Assembly: GCA_964016885.1 (NCBI GenBank)
Contig: OZ024754.1
Coordinates: 15,314,001-15,378,000 of the forward strand
Direction: 5' to 3'
Length of the DNA stretch: 64,000 bases
From: Eledone cirrhosa
Lineage: Eukaryota
Made by a program: the position numbers and the translations under genes. The notes under the pieces are model-generated. The model made no database searches. It was not told where the DNA came from and saw only the letters and a list, made by a program, of their open reading frames with translations. Of this stretch, positions 12,303 to 23,373 are shown in pieces; the stretch's first letter is position 1; each line of letters starts with the position of its first letter.

Positions 12303-14375
12303 TTACCGTACTTTTGGTAGAGGAGGGATGGTTTTTACATCCCTTTTCACTTGATCGTCTGGTGAAGGGACCGTTGAATCGTCCCTTCGGCTGGTCGTCG
12401 GCTCTTCTAAGAGAATGTCTGAATATACTCTTCGATTAATGGTTCCTCCTAGGTCCCTGAAATCACCAACAGCGTTGGGGAATTTCGTTTTAATGTTTGT
12501 GTATTGTTTCTGTGCTATTTTTAGCAGTCTTATGTTAGTTGGCGTTTTGATTGGTGCTGGTATTATGTAGTCCTGTTGTGAAATGTCTGTGTGTTCAATT
12601 ATGTAAGTCATTAGTTTCTTGTTGTGTGTGTTTATTGCCGTGCATTTGTTTTTCTGGGGGTGGGGTGTGGTTCTGCTATTTTCTTGTCGTTGTTGCTGGG
12701 TGTGTGTGTTTTGTTGTTGTGTTTGCGATGTTGGTGCTTGTGGTGGTGGTGTTGAAGGTGTTGTTGGCGGTGGGGTTGTCGCCGGTGGTGATGGTGGTGC
12801 TGGTGTGGGTGGTGATGGTGTTGGTGGTGTTGCTGCTGTGGGTCTCTTTGCAGTAGACTTTACCCTTTTCTCATTTCTTTCCTCCCTTTTCAAAGGCGAC
12901 GATGCGCTGCTTCTGCGTTTGTGCCTTCTTGAGACCTTTTGCCATCCCTCTCCCACCTCACACTCCATGTCTGATTCTGTAAGGTCGGGGAGGGGTACCA
13001 GCTCCACTCTTTCACTTGTTGTTGTTGGTGATGTTTGCACTGGAGTCTCTGTTGCAGCTGCATTTGGTATTGCTGTTGTTGTTGTTAATATTTCCACTGC
13101 TGCTGCTGTCTTTGATTTCCGTGGAGTGGGTATGGGTGCCACGGACCTATCGTTCCTGGTTGCCGCTTGTCCTGTTGCTGGTAGCCGTGGAACCGGATTC
13201 GGGAGGAGGGGGGTTTTCTCCTTTCTCATGGTCTTCTCGTTGCAGAAGGCCCTGAGGTGAGTCTTCGATCCACAGCGAAAGCATTTCGGGCGTTTGCCCT
13301 CAACACTTATGGGCAGTTGAGTGCCGTTATCGAAGTCTATCACATCCGGGATAGCTTCGATGCACTCCTGGTTGGTTTGGATTAGCATCTCAATGGAGGA
13401 GCCGACCCAATCTTCTCTTACTTTTTTCTGTACTTGCAGTACAGTTGTTTTGTCCTCGATTCCGACGAGGACAGACGCGGCCAGCCAAGAAGGGGTCATT
13501 CCGGGGGGGACGTGGGTCAGTTTGACCCTCACAATTTTTTGCCCGCAGTAGGAGGGCACCAACACCATTTCCTCGCTCCTTAGGGTCACTACTGATTGGG
13601 CCTTTGCCTCCTGGGGTGTGGCAAAAAGTACGTCTACGGTGGCGTATTTTTTGCCTCGGGTGATGTGCGTTTTCCTCTGCCACACAGACCCCAAGGCTTT
13701 TTGTATTTGGGCCTCTGTGGCTCTTTCCACCCTACGGGATTTTGTACTTACTGTACGGTACGTGACCGTACAGTGCTCTTGGGTTTCGAAAAAATTTTTC
13801 GCTGCCTTGCAGATTGCTCGGTGTCCGTTCTTTGTCACCATCTTCTTCGCTTCCTCTAATTCCTCATTTGTTATGAGGATTGTTTCCAGGTTTTTCGCAA
13901 TACCTGCAAATGAGATTGGTTTTTCTCTGCTGTTGTTGTTGTCGTCAGAGCTGCTGGTACTTTTGTTGTTGCTGCAGGTACTACGACTACTGCCTCCGCC
14001 GCTGTTGCTGCTAATGCTGTTGTTGTTTATGCTGCTGGTGATGCTGTTGCGGCTGCTACTGTTGTTTTCATTGTCACTGTTGCTGTTGTTATTACGGCTG
14101 CTACTGCTATTATTCCTGACGTCAGACGAATGAACTGGGTTTTCGTATTTCCCGCACACCTGTTTCGTCGCTGTCGTCGTCGTCGTGGAGAAACCTTGCA
14201 CGCTTTGCACGAGACTTTTATTTTCTTTCGTCGCTTGCGAAAGAGAAGGGAGGGAGAGAGACACATTTAAAGAAGGGAGGGAGAGAGACAATCTTCTCTC
14301 TGCTGTAGTGATGATTGAGGAAGAAGAAGACGGAATGAGTGGGAGTGACGTATGAAATTTCTTTTTGGTAGCCAT
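12303..14375 (-). CDS. LINE ORF1: gag-like protein with CCHC zinc knuckle
   Basis: Open from ATG 14375. CFRCGSKTHLRAFC (CX2CX4HX4C), with S/N-rich and P/T-rich low-complexity regions. Confidence 0.88.
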   Translation of the reverse strand: MATKKKFHTSLPLIPSSSSSIITTAERRLSLSLPSLNVSLSLPSLSQATKENKSLVQSVQGFSTTTTTATKQVCGKYENPVHSSDVRNNSSSSRNNNSNSDNENNSSSRNSITSSINNNSISSNSGGGSSRSTCSNNKSTSSSDDNNNSREKPISFAGIAKNLETILITNEELEEAKKMVTKNGHRAICKAAKNFFETQEHCTVTYRTVSTKSRRVERATEAQIQKALGSVWQRKTHITRGKKYATVDVLFATPQEAKAQSVVTLRSEEMVLVPSYCGQKIVRVKLTHVPPGMTPSWLAASVLVGIEDKTTVLQVQKKVREDWVGSSIEMLIQTNQECIEAIPDVIDFDNGTQLPISVEGKRPKCFRCGSKTHLRAFCNEKTMRKEKTPLLPNPVPRLPATGQAATRNDRSVAPIPTPRKSKTAAAVEILTTTTAIPNAAATETPVQTSPTTTSERVELVPLPDLTESDMECEVGEGWQKVSRRHKRRSSASSPLKREERNEKRVKSTAKRPTAATPPTPSPPTPAPPSPPATTPPPTTPSTPPPQAPTSQTQQQNTHTQQQRQENSRTTPHPQKNKCTAINTHNKKLMTYIIEHTDISQQDYIIPAPIKTPTNIRLLKIAQKQYTNIKTKFPNAVGDFRDLGGTINRRVYSDILLEEPTTSRRDDSTVPSPDDQVKRDVKTIPPLPKVR

Positions 14376-14606
14376 GTTTTTTTGTTTAAAATGAAATTTT
14401 GGGTACAAAACCCCAATAACTGGTTATTTAACCCCGAAGGGCCAAATAACGGACAGAAAGACCCCTCTCACGAGGAGGAGGGTGTCTTTATCAACAATTT
14501 GGTTCAAGTTTTAAACAATTTACAATTGTTTTAACGGTTAAAAATTACTATACCTTACAGAGCCGAGCCTCCGTCAACCATGGCATTCAATAATAATAAT
14601 AATAAT

Positions 14607-14732
14607 AAATGAAACATGTGTCAGTGAAAACGAGGTAAACTATAATAGTAATAAATGAAACATGTGTCAGTGAAAACGAGGTAAACTATAATAGTAATAA
14701 ATGAAACATGTGTCAGTGAAAACGAGGTAAAC
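14607..14732 (+). repeat. 46-bp tandem triplication at the 5' junction of Dong copy 2
   Basis: AAATGAAACATGTGTCAGTGAAAACGAGGTAAACT(ATAATAGTAAT) three times. Confidence 0.9.
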
Positions 14733-15822
14733 TGTAACACTTCGAATCCCAGGGTTGGGGCGGAATCACTGGCAACAGAACAAATTAAAGAAAGGAGCGA
14801 AAAAGTGGAGGGGGTGCATGCTCAGGATGAAACTCCAAATGAAAATAATGAGATCGTAAATGATAAAGAAATGAATGAGAATGAACTTGCCAACTTGAAG
14901 GATGAAATTATGATCGAATGGATGAAAATGAAAGAATCTGACATGGGGCAACGAGACACCCTCCCTAAGATCCAGAACTCCAAACAGAACCAAAAGATAA
15001 TACACAAGACTAACATAATTCTCAAAAACATTATCATCACAAACAAACTAAACATTACTGATTTAAATCATCTCTATTATGCATCGGCTAAAGTCACCAC
15101 TCACTTATGTGGAGGGAAGATGAAAAAACAAAGGAATTCCCACAAGAAATCTACTTGCCAAGAGAACATCAATCGCCAAATAAACCTTCTCCGATCTGAC
15201 ATAGAAATTTTAACAAACTATAAAGTAGGTGAACATGTTAAACAAACTAAACTTAGAAAATTGAAAAAAAAGTACAGTATAAAATCAACATGTGACATAG
15301 ACATGCTGATAGAAATAATCAAACAAAAAGTGTCGGCCAAAGCTGCTCGTATAAGGCGCTTTGAAAAACGATCTAGATTCTATAAGGACAATAATATGTT
15401 CAAAAACAACCAAAGAAACTTCTACAGAAAAATTGGTAAGTCAACAATAACTGCTAAATCAATACCACCCAAGGAGGAAGTGCAAGAATTCTGGGAAAAG
15501 ATCTGGGCCGAAGAAAAAGTTCATAACATACATGCCCCATGGATAGACAGACAAATGAAAGATACAGCTCACCTTGAGGAACAAATATGGGAAAATATAA
15601 CAGTTGAACAGTTGCGCTTGGCTCTAAGAAAAACCAGCAAATGGAAATCCCCAGGAAAAGACAAAATACAAAACTTTTGGATAAATCCCTTCACAGAGTC
15701 TCATGAGCTGTTAGCCCAACTTTACAATGAAATAGTTAAGGAGCCAGAAAAGATACCATCATGGCTAGTTAACGGCATTGGTGATAACTCGTATGAACAT
15801 AAAGCAAGATAAATGCGACTGT
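14607..15822 (+). mobile_element. second copy of the R4/Dong element, 5'-truncated and internally deleted
   Basis: Near-identical to about 5247-6270, then jumps to the 3' UTR (8491-8532 equivalent). Flanked by (TAA)n on both sides. Confidence 0.92.
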
Positions 15823-15843
15823 AATAATAATAATAATAATAAT

Positions 15844-16911
15844 CTATCTACAACATGTTCCACAAGAGGAGTGATGTCGATAGACTCTACTTAAGGAGAT
15901 CTGAAGGTGGAAGAGGTCTTATCAGCATAGAGGACTGTGTTCAGATGGAGAAAAACAACCTACACAAATACGTGACTGGTAGTAAAGAGCCAATGCTCAG
16001 AACTGTACTGAAGGAGAGGGCAATAGGCCAGGGGATGTCCAAGGAGGAAATAACATAAAGGAGAAAGAGCAGCCTTCAGGAAAAATCCCTTCATAGTACC
16101 TTCTTTGAGAAAACTAAATTTAGAGATCCACAGACATGGAACTGGTTGAAAAGAGGAGACCTTAAAAAGGCTACAGAAGGAATGTTAATGGCTGCGCAGG
16201 AGCAGGCCCTCAAAACGAAGTGGTTGAAACACCATATTTACAAGGAGGAGGCTAGCCCACTGTGCAGGATCTGTGGAGAGAGAGAGGAGACTGTGGCTCA
16301 CATTGTATCCGAGTGTAAACACCTAGCCCAGATTCACTATAAGGGCTGGAGACATGATGTGATGGGCAGGGTGATCCACTGGCACCTATGCAAAGTAAAC
16401 AATTTACCACATTCTGAGAAATGGTATGAGCATAAGCCAGAGGCGGTGATAGAAAACGATCAGGTGAAGGTGCTGTGGGATTTTAGGATACAGACGGACA
16501 AGAAACTGGAACACAATAGACCTGACCTGGTGGTTGTGGACAAAGAAAAAAGATCGTGCCTGATTGTGGATGTGGCCTGCCCATTCGACACGAGAGTGCA
16601 AGAGAAGGAGAGGGAGAAAATTAACCGATACCAGGACTTAAAGTGGGAGGTAAAAAGGATTTGGAACAGCCATGAAGTCAAAGTGATCCCGATTGTCATA
16701 GGCGCACTAGGGACTATCTCAAAAAGTTTCCAGGAATGGTTAAAGAAAATTGGCCTCTTCACGCTTTTTGGAACGGTTCAAAAAGCATGCTTGCTGGGAA
16801 CAGCAAGAACCCTCCGATACGTCCTGAATATCTGAGGCTGCAGGTAGTGGCTTGATATTCATTTCAACAAACTTTCCAATTAACTAACATCAATGACTGA
16901 GACTCAAAGAG
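15844..16911 (+). mobile_element. 5'-truncated R4/Dong-like element of a second family
   Basis: DVDRLYLRRSEGGRGL, in-frame stop at 16056-16058, CRIC..ETVAHIVSEC, RHD, RPDL, KINRY. (TAA)n on both sides. Confidence 0.88.
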
Positions 16912-16944
16912 TAATAACAACAATAATAATAATAATAATATTAA

Positions 16945-17077
16945 TAATTGTTTCTACTTTTGGCACAAGGCCAGCAATTACCCAATGCAATACTGGTACT
17001 TTATTTTATCGACCCCGTAAGGATGAAAGGCAAAGTCAACCTCGGCGGGATTTGAACTCAGATCGTAAAGGGACGTA
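16945..17077 (-). mobile_element. tRNA-derived SINE, 5'-truncated
   Basis: Matches the 3' two-thirds of the SINE at 29248-29437. Confidence 0.85.
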
Positions 17078-17085
17078 ATAATAAT

Positions 17086-19995
17086 ATTAATAATGTCCGT
17101 TTACAATTGTTGCGCTACTCCATATAATGTTTCTGGATCAAATGATTATAGATCATTATTGATCTGGTTCAGTTGAAGATAATTAGTTTAGTTTACCACC
17201 TGCAAGAACCCTCCACACAATATCCTGCTGGACTCGTTTGAGAAAGATCTATTTAACTTCGTCAGGAGCATTAACTTCAAAAAGCATTATAGACACAAGA
17301 ATAATTTCCTCACAAAATTAGCAACAACTATAAAAACATTTAAAGATAGCCACCTCTTACATGTTATGTCTGACAAAACTAAAAATCTATACACCATGAC
17401 TCCTGAAACTTACAACTCTTTCCTTCTTAAGGAACTTAATAAAAACTATTAAAAAAACTATACCCTCCAGTGTAAACTTACTTAACCGAAAAGCCCAGGC
17501 TTTGGTTAAGGACTTACATCTGGATAGATTTACCCACCCTTATGTACCTACAACCCCAAGGTTTTCTCTCAGAGATCACAAACCAAACTTTATAGAGAAC
17601 CCATCTATTAAGCCTAATGCCCAACCACATCTGACTTGGATCGTATCAGTAAGAACATCCCTGGGCTACGAGATGATATCACCTACAAGCTGTGGTCCAA
17701 CACCGGCCAAGTCATTAGATGGTTCTCCGATCTAAGGTCCAAGGAATCTATGAGGTTCCTCAAATTTGACATTGACAGCTACTACGCTTCAATAAAGCAT
17801 TAACCCTAGCCAGGACCAACTCTGACATAACCAATAATGAGATTAACATCATACTTATGGCTAGGCAGACCATCATTGAATTCAACGGAGCACTCTGTTC
17901 TAGAAAAGACAGAACAGACAACTTTGACATCACTATGGGCTCAAGCGACTCTGCGCAAATCACTGATTTAGTTGGAATTTACCTATTACATAACATCAGA
18001 GATGAAATCCAACCCTTGCAAGGCGGAATATATAGGGACGACGCCCTATTTGCAGTCCACAATTGCACTAATCGAGGCATTGACTTGCTCAAAAAACAAT
18101 TGCATAGATTCTTTTAAAATAACGGTCTCTCTATCACTATCGAGCCGAACCATAAAGTAGTAAACTTCCTGGACGTTACCCTAGATCTTAACAATAACTT
18201 ATATTACCCTTATCATAACCCAGGTGAAATACTTACATATATTAGCCCACGCTCTAACCACCCACCGGCAGTCATCAGAGCAGTAATCAAATCTATCTCG
18301 CATAGGATCTCCATGCTATCAACAAATGAGGAGATATTTATAAACCATGCGGCATATTATAATAAGGCTCTTTCTGAATCTGGTTATGAACAGTGCATTT
18401 ACTACATACCTAAATGCCATAACACAGCACTTCACCACAACCATAATAAACTTAGCACTAGAACTAGAAATACCTTAGCATATAGCCAGATTCGCCGGAA
18501 TTTTAGCAGTAACAGCACCTATACAGGGAACCTTAACGGTGGCAGTGGCCTACTTCCCACTCCAAGTAGCAAACTAAAAATCAACCCTAGAATAGGAATG
18601 AGCATGGGATGACAAATAACAAATGCCCAGGTAATAATAACCCTATGAAGGCCCCTACCAACTCCACTAGAACCCTTAGAAGGAATAGGCCTAGAAATAT
18701 CACCTGGCTTAACCCCTCAGTATCATCTAATCTAGCCACTAATATCCCTAAACGCTGCTTCTCTATCCTATCTAAACCCCCCCCCCCCCAACCATAGATA
18801 TTATAAACTCTTTAATAAAAACAACATTAAAATCTCATTCTCCACAACACCTAACCTAGCTAGCCACATCGCATTCAGTAACCATCATAAGCTAAGACAG
18901 TATAACTCCCACACCGCGGTACCACCACCCCTATCAAATACACCACGCCACTACACCAATACTTACTCTAGTAGCACACCTCCCCCATCTAATCCTTCTA
19001 GCACGCACCAACCGCATTGTTTAAACAACCCTACTCTCCATAACCGCAGAAGTAACTGCAACTGCCGTTACCCTAATGCATGCCCACTAAATGGACATTG
19101 TCTGACACCCAATATAGTTTATAGGTGCACAGTTAAAACTGCTTCGCATACCAGCTCCTATATTGGCTATACCTCTAACCCTTTTAAGGTACGCTATAAC
19201 GCGCACTCTTTTTCTTTCCGAGACCCTAACAACAGATGTTCGACATATCTAGCTAGGCTCATCAAAAACCTTAAATTAACCAACATTGAACACTCACTAA
19301 CAAGGGATATCTTGGCTAGGGCCCAACCGTTCAATGGACGAAGAAACTCTTGTGACCTCTGTCTTACCGAAGCATATTACATAACTCTATCACGACCTCT
19401 ACCGATTAACGATAGAACGGAGGTTACTATTAGCTGTCAACATCGGAGGGCTAATTCCTTCGCCAACTGAATATTTGACCAAACATAGTCATCTAGTCCC
19501 ATTTTTACTTATAGCTAATAAGTTAAATAGTTATAGCTAACTTAGATGATTATAAGTTACCTCCCTTACATTGTCTCTCAATTAAAAAATTAGCACTTCT
19601 TAACTATAAACTACCCACAATTTCTAATTTCTCAAGGAGTTATTTCCCTTGAAACCACCCTCTAATTAGTAAAGTAAATATGTCCATTAGCGGCCATCTT
19701 GTTACCCATAGGCAGATCTCACACAATGCAGCCTCGACAGAAGAATACTGCTCGACTATGGCAGACAATAGATATACCCAGGACAACATAGTGAAATACC
19801 AATATATGGAACATTACATTCATCTAACATTCTTTCTTTATTTTAATTTATATTCCTTTTGAAGTTCCGATGAGCTGCTAATTGTACCTAAGTTAATTAT
19901 CTTCAACTGAACCAGATCAATAATGATCTATAATCATTTGATCCAGAAACATTATATGGAGTAGCGAAACAATTGTAAACGGACATTATTAATAT
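17086..19995 (+). mobile_element. Penelope-like element (degenerate RT + GIY-YIG) with inverted 5' pLTR segment
   Basis: Fragments FDIDSYYASI, MGSSDSAQITDLVG, GIYRDDAL, NFLDVTL, SNHPP, CNC..CPL..C, NIVY..SYIG, CDLC..E. 17086-17185 is the reverse complement of about 19893-19995. Confidence 0.88.
19864..19980 (+). ncRNA. hammerhead-like motif (CCGATGA core variant) in PLE 3' pLTR
   Basis: GTT-CCGATGA-GCTGCT...80 nt...AGTAGC-GAAAC AATT GTA-AAC. Confidence 0.65.
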
Positions 19996-20014
19996 TATTA
20001 TTATTATTATTATT

Positions 20015-20112
20015 ATTATTCTCTACATTCCTTACATTAAACTAAAACTATGTTGACAATCTTTTAATAATGTCTTCCTTGTGAAATTTGTGGTCTTGTT
20101 TTGCTTAACTAA

Positions 20113-20118
<6 letters not shown>
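20015..20118 (-). repeat. dispersed ~100-bp repeat, copy 2
   Basis: Reverse complement of 3975-4080. Lies between (ATT)n and (TA)n. Confidence 0.85.
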
Positions 20119-20165
<47 letters not shown>

Positions 20166-20390
20166 GGATTAACAAATAATAGTTAAATGCAGTCCACTTA
20201 GGTGAAGTCCAGTTATGGTATTCCAGGTAGTGGATGATATTAACGCTTGGCTTGGTTTGACTCAACAAGGCGTTTTCATAGTGATGCTGCGGGTGTGCTG
20301 TAATTCCTATGTTGTAAACACTTGGAGTAATAATAAATCAGGAAAGAAGGTTTACATGGTTTGCTATACAAAAAAGTTTTTAATCACATA

Positions 20391-20496
20391 GCTTACATTT
20401 GTTTCACTGAACTGGTAAGTCTAGAGATCGCTATCCGCCTAATTTTGCGTCACTCGATCGCCAATACAGAATTATAACCAGTCAGATCTTCGGAGC
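20391..20496 (-). ncRNA. hammerhead-like motif (CCGAAGA core), left-arm copy
   Basis: Reverse complement of 22775-22880. Confidence 0.55.
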
Positions 20497-20849
20497 ATGC
20501 GAGCATGAAGAAAATACACAGGCAAGAAAAGAAAAGAAAATATGGAGTAGTTATGGCATTCAATTAGAACAATAACAACAATTACAACAATGCTATCAAT
20601 AAACTATTTAAGGAGACCCTGACATTACTTAGGTGGGGGGTATATAATGTATCTAATGTTACGGCGTGAAAACCAGCTGTCATAAGGCAAAAAGTATCGT
20701 AGTGTGTACCAATTTTAAATTATAAAGATAAGCTAGTTTTTACAGTCTTTCTCTTCATCTTCAACAGTATACATGAGTGGGACCACGGTCAAAGCTCAAT
20801 TGTAGTAGAGTTAAAACAGAGGTTAACGAATTAATATACGCATATATCT

Positions 20850-20948
<99 letters not shown>

Positions 20949-21261
20949 AATATATATACACATATATGTGTACATAGACACATACATACACATCAATATA
21001 CACTCGTACAAAAATATATATACATGCAAAGAGAAAAGCGTGCTAATTGTAATTATGGCAAAAAGAAGGTAAAGTAACATTGTAGTAGTGAAATGAGAAA
21101 AACTAGGATCTAGGATCAAATGATTGCAGCAGCTGAGAAGGAGTAAGATTGTTGGCAGATGAGGTATTTACAGACAATTGTGTGGTATAGACTTGTGAAG
21201 GAAATAGTATACTTAATGAATATATTTCTGTGGGTAGTAGGTATCCTAATTTAAAGCTATG

Positions 21262-21621
21262 TTATGTTGGTTTGAATCTTATGAATTTAGTGGCTATTCT
21301 ATGTCTGCAGAAGATAGATCTTTCTAACTTATTATTAAGTAGCCTTTTAACATTTCTAAGGATATACAATAGCTCAAGATCACACAGCCCGCAATAGGAC
21401 ATCCCTGTACTATAGGTTTTAGCAGCCGACAACTTCGACCAGTTGATAGTGTAGCTAGCGTTGCTGTCCTTCAATTCCCATATTTTTCTGGCGAGGGTGG
21501 TGGAACCCATAAGTGCACGGTTTTTCATAGAGTGCCTGTGCACATACCATCTTTTCTTAAAAGAACCCGCGGTGGATCCTATGTAATTCCAGGTGGAGTT
21601 ACCCGAGATGACAGTGCACAT
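21262..21621 (-). pseudogene. GIY-YIG endonuclease fragment (PLE), left arm
   Basis: NYIGST..FKKRW..H..S...STTLARKIWELK...CGLCDLE...CRH. Confidence 0.8.
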
Positions 21622-21632
21622 GTTCGAGCCTG

Positions 21633-22013
21633 GTGTACATGTGCACTGTCATCTCGGGTAACTCCACCTGGAATTACATAGGATCCACCGCGAGTTCTTT
21701 TAAGAAAAGATGGTATGTGCACAGGCACTCTATGAAAAACCGTGCACTTATGGGTTCCACCACCCTCGCCAGAAAAATATGGGAATTGAAGGACAGCAAC
21801 GCTAGCTACACTATCAACTGGTCGAAGTTGTCGGCTGCTAAAACCTATAGTACAGGGATGTCCTATTGCGGGCTGTGTGATCTTGAGCTATTGTATATCC
21901 TTAGAAATGTTAAAAGGCTACTTAATAATAAGTTAGAAAGATCTATCTTCTGCAGACATAGAATAGCCACTAAATTCATAAGATTCAAACCTCCGTTAAT
22001 CGAACCAACATAA
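21633..22013 (+). pseudogene. GIY-YIG endonuclease fragment (PLE), right arm
   Basis: (SL)VYMCTV...NYIGST..FKKRW..CGLCDLE..CRH. Confidence 0.8.
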
Positions 22014-22326
22014 CATAGCTTTAAATTAGGATACCTACTACCCACAGAAATATATTCATTAAGTATACTATTTCCTTCACAAGTCTATACCACACAATTG
22101 TCTGTAAGTACCTCATCTACCAACAATCTTACTCCTTCTCAGCTGCTGCAATCATTTGATCCTAGATCCTAGTTTTTCTCATTTCACTACTACAATGTTA
22201 CTTTACCTTCTTTTTGCCATAATTACAATTAGCACGCTTTTCTCTTTGCATGTATGTATATTTTTGTACGAGTGTATATTGATGTGTATGTATGTGTCTA
22301 TGTACACATATATGTGTATATATATT

Positions 22327-22418
<92 letters not shown>

Positions 22419-22774
22419 CGTAGATATATGCGTATATTAATTCGTTAACCTCTGTATTAACTCTACTACAATTGAGCTTTGACCGTGGTCCCACTCATGT
22501 ATACTGTTGAAGATGAAGAGAAAGACTGTAAAAATTAGCTTATCTTTATAATTTAAAATTGGTACACACTACGATACTTTTTGCCTTATGACAGCTGGTT
22601 TTCACGCCGTAACATTAGATACATTATATACCCCCCACCTAAGTAATGTCAGGGTCTCCTTAAATAGTTTATTGATAGCATTGTTGTAATTGTTGTTATT
22701 GTTCTAATTGAATGCCATAACTACTCCATATTTTCTTTTCTTTTCTTGCCTGTGTATTTTCTTCATTCTCGCAT

Positions 22775-22880
22775 GCTCCGAAGATCTGACTGGTTATAAT
22801 TCTGTATTGGCGATCGAGTGACGCAAAATTAGGCGGATAGCGATCTCTAGACATACCAGTTCAGTGAAACAAATGTAAGC
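22775..22880 (+). ncRNA. hammerhead-like motif (CCGAAGA core), right-arm copy
   Basis: GCT-CCGAAGA-t-CTGACTGGT...ACCAGtTCAG-t-GAAAC AAAT GTA-AGC. Confidence 0.55.
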
Positions 22881-22932
22881 TATGTGATTAAAAACTTTTT
22901 TGTATAGCAAATCATGTAAACCTTCTTTCCTG

Positions 22933-23009
<77 letters not shown>

Positions 23010-23373
23010 CGTGCGTATGTATGTATATATTATGTATATGTCACCTAATCTGTCACCGAATCACACTCTATTTGTCCTCATTTGCGTGAGAGCAAATAAA
23101 TACACATAATTAATTATGATATGGGACTTTATTATTTATATTATTATTATTATTATTGAATGCCATGGTTGACGGAGGCTCGGCTCTGTAAGGTATAGTA
23201 ATTTTTAACCGTTAAAACAATTGTAAATTGTTTAAAACTTGAACCAAATTGTTGATAAAGACACCCTCCTCCTCGTGAGAGGGGTCTTTCTGTCCGTTAT
23301 TTGGCCCTTCGGGGTTAAATAACCAGTTATTGGGGTTTTGTACCCAAAATTTCATTTTAAACAAAAAAACAAC

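Larger units (their letters stand above)
8585..14588 (-). mobile_element. full-length Tx1/L1-clade LINE, copy A, inserted in (TAA)n
   Basis: Two ORFs. 5' end GAATGCC and 3' end ...CCCTTGTGGTTAATAAAGAAATC both abut (ATT)n on the element strand. Confidence 0.93.
20333..22938. mobile_element. 2.6-kb palindrome made of two inverted 3' fragments of a Penelope-like element
   Basis: Arms about 20333-21623 and 21637-22938 with a 13-nt spacer. Each arm has a GIY-YIG C-terminal ORF, a (TG)n tract and a hammerhead motif. Confidence 0.92.

Noticed and set aside
9175-14133. Antisense and overlapping ORFs inside the Tx1 elements
   Set aside because: Expected shadow ORFs of GC-rich coding sequence with no independent motifs. 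Their recurrence simply follows ORF1/ORF2 homology.
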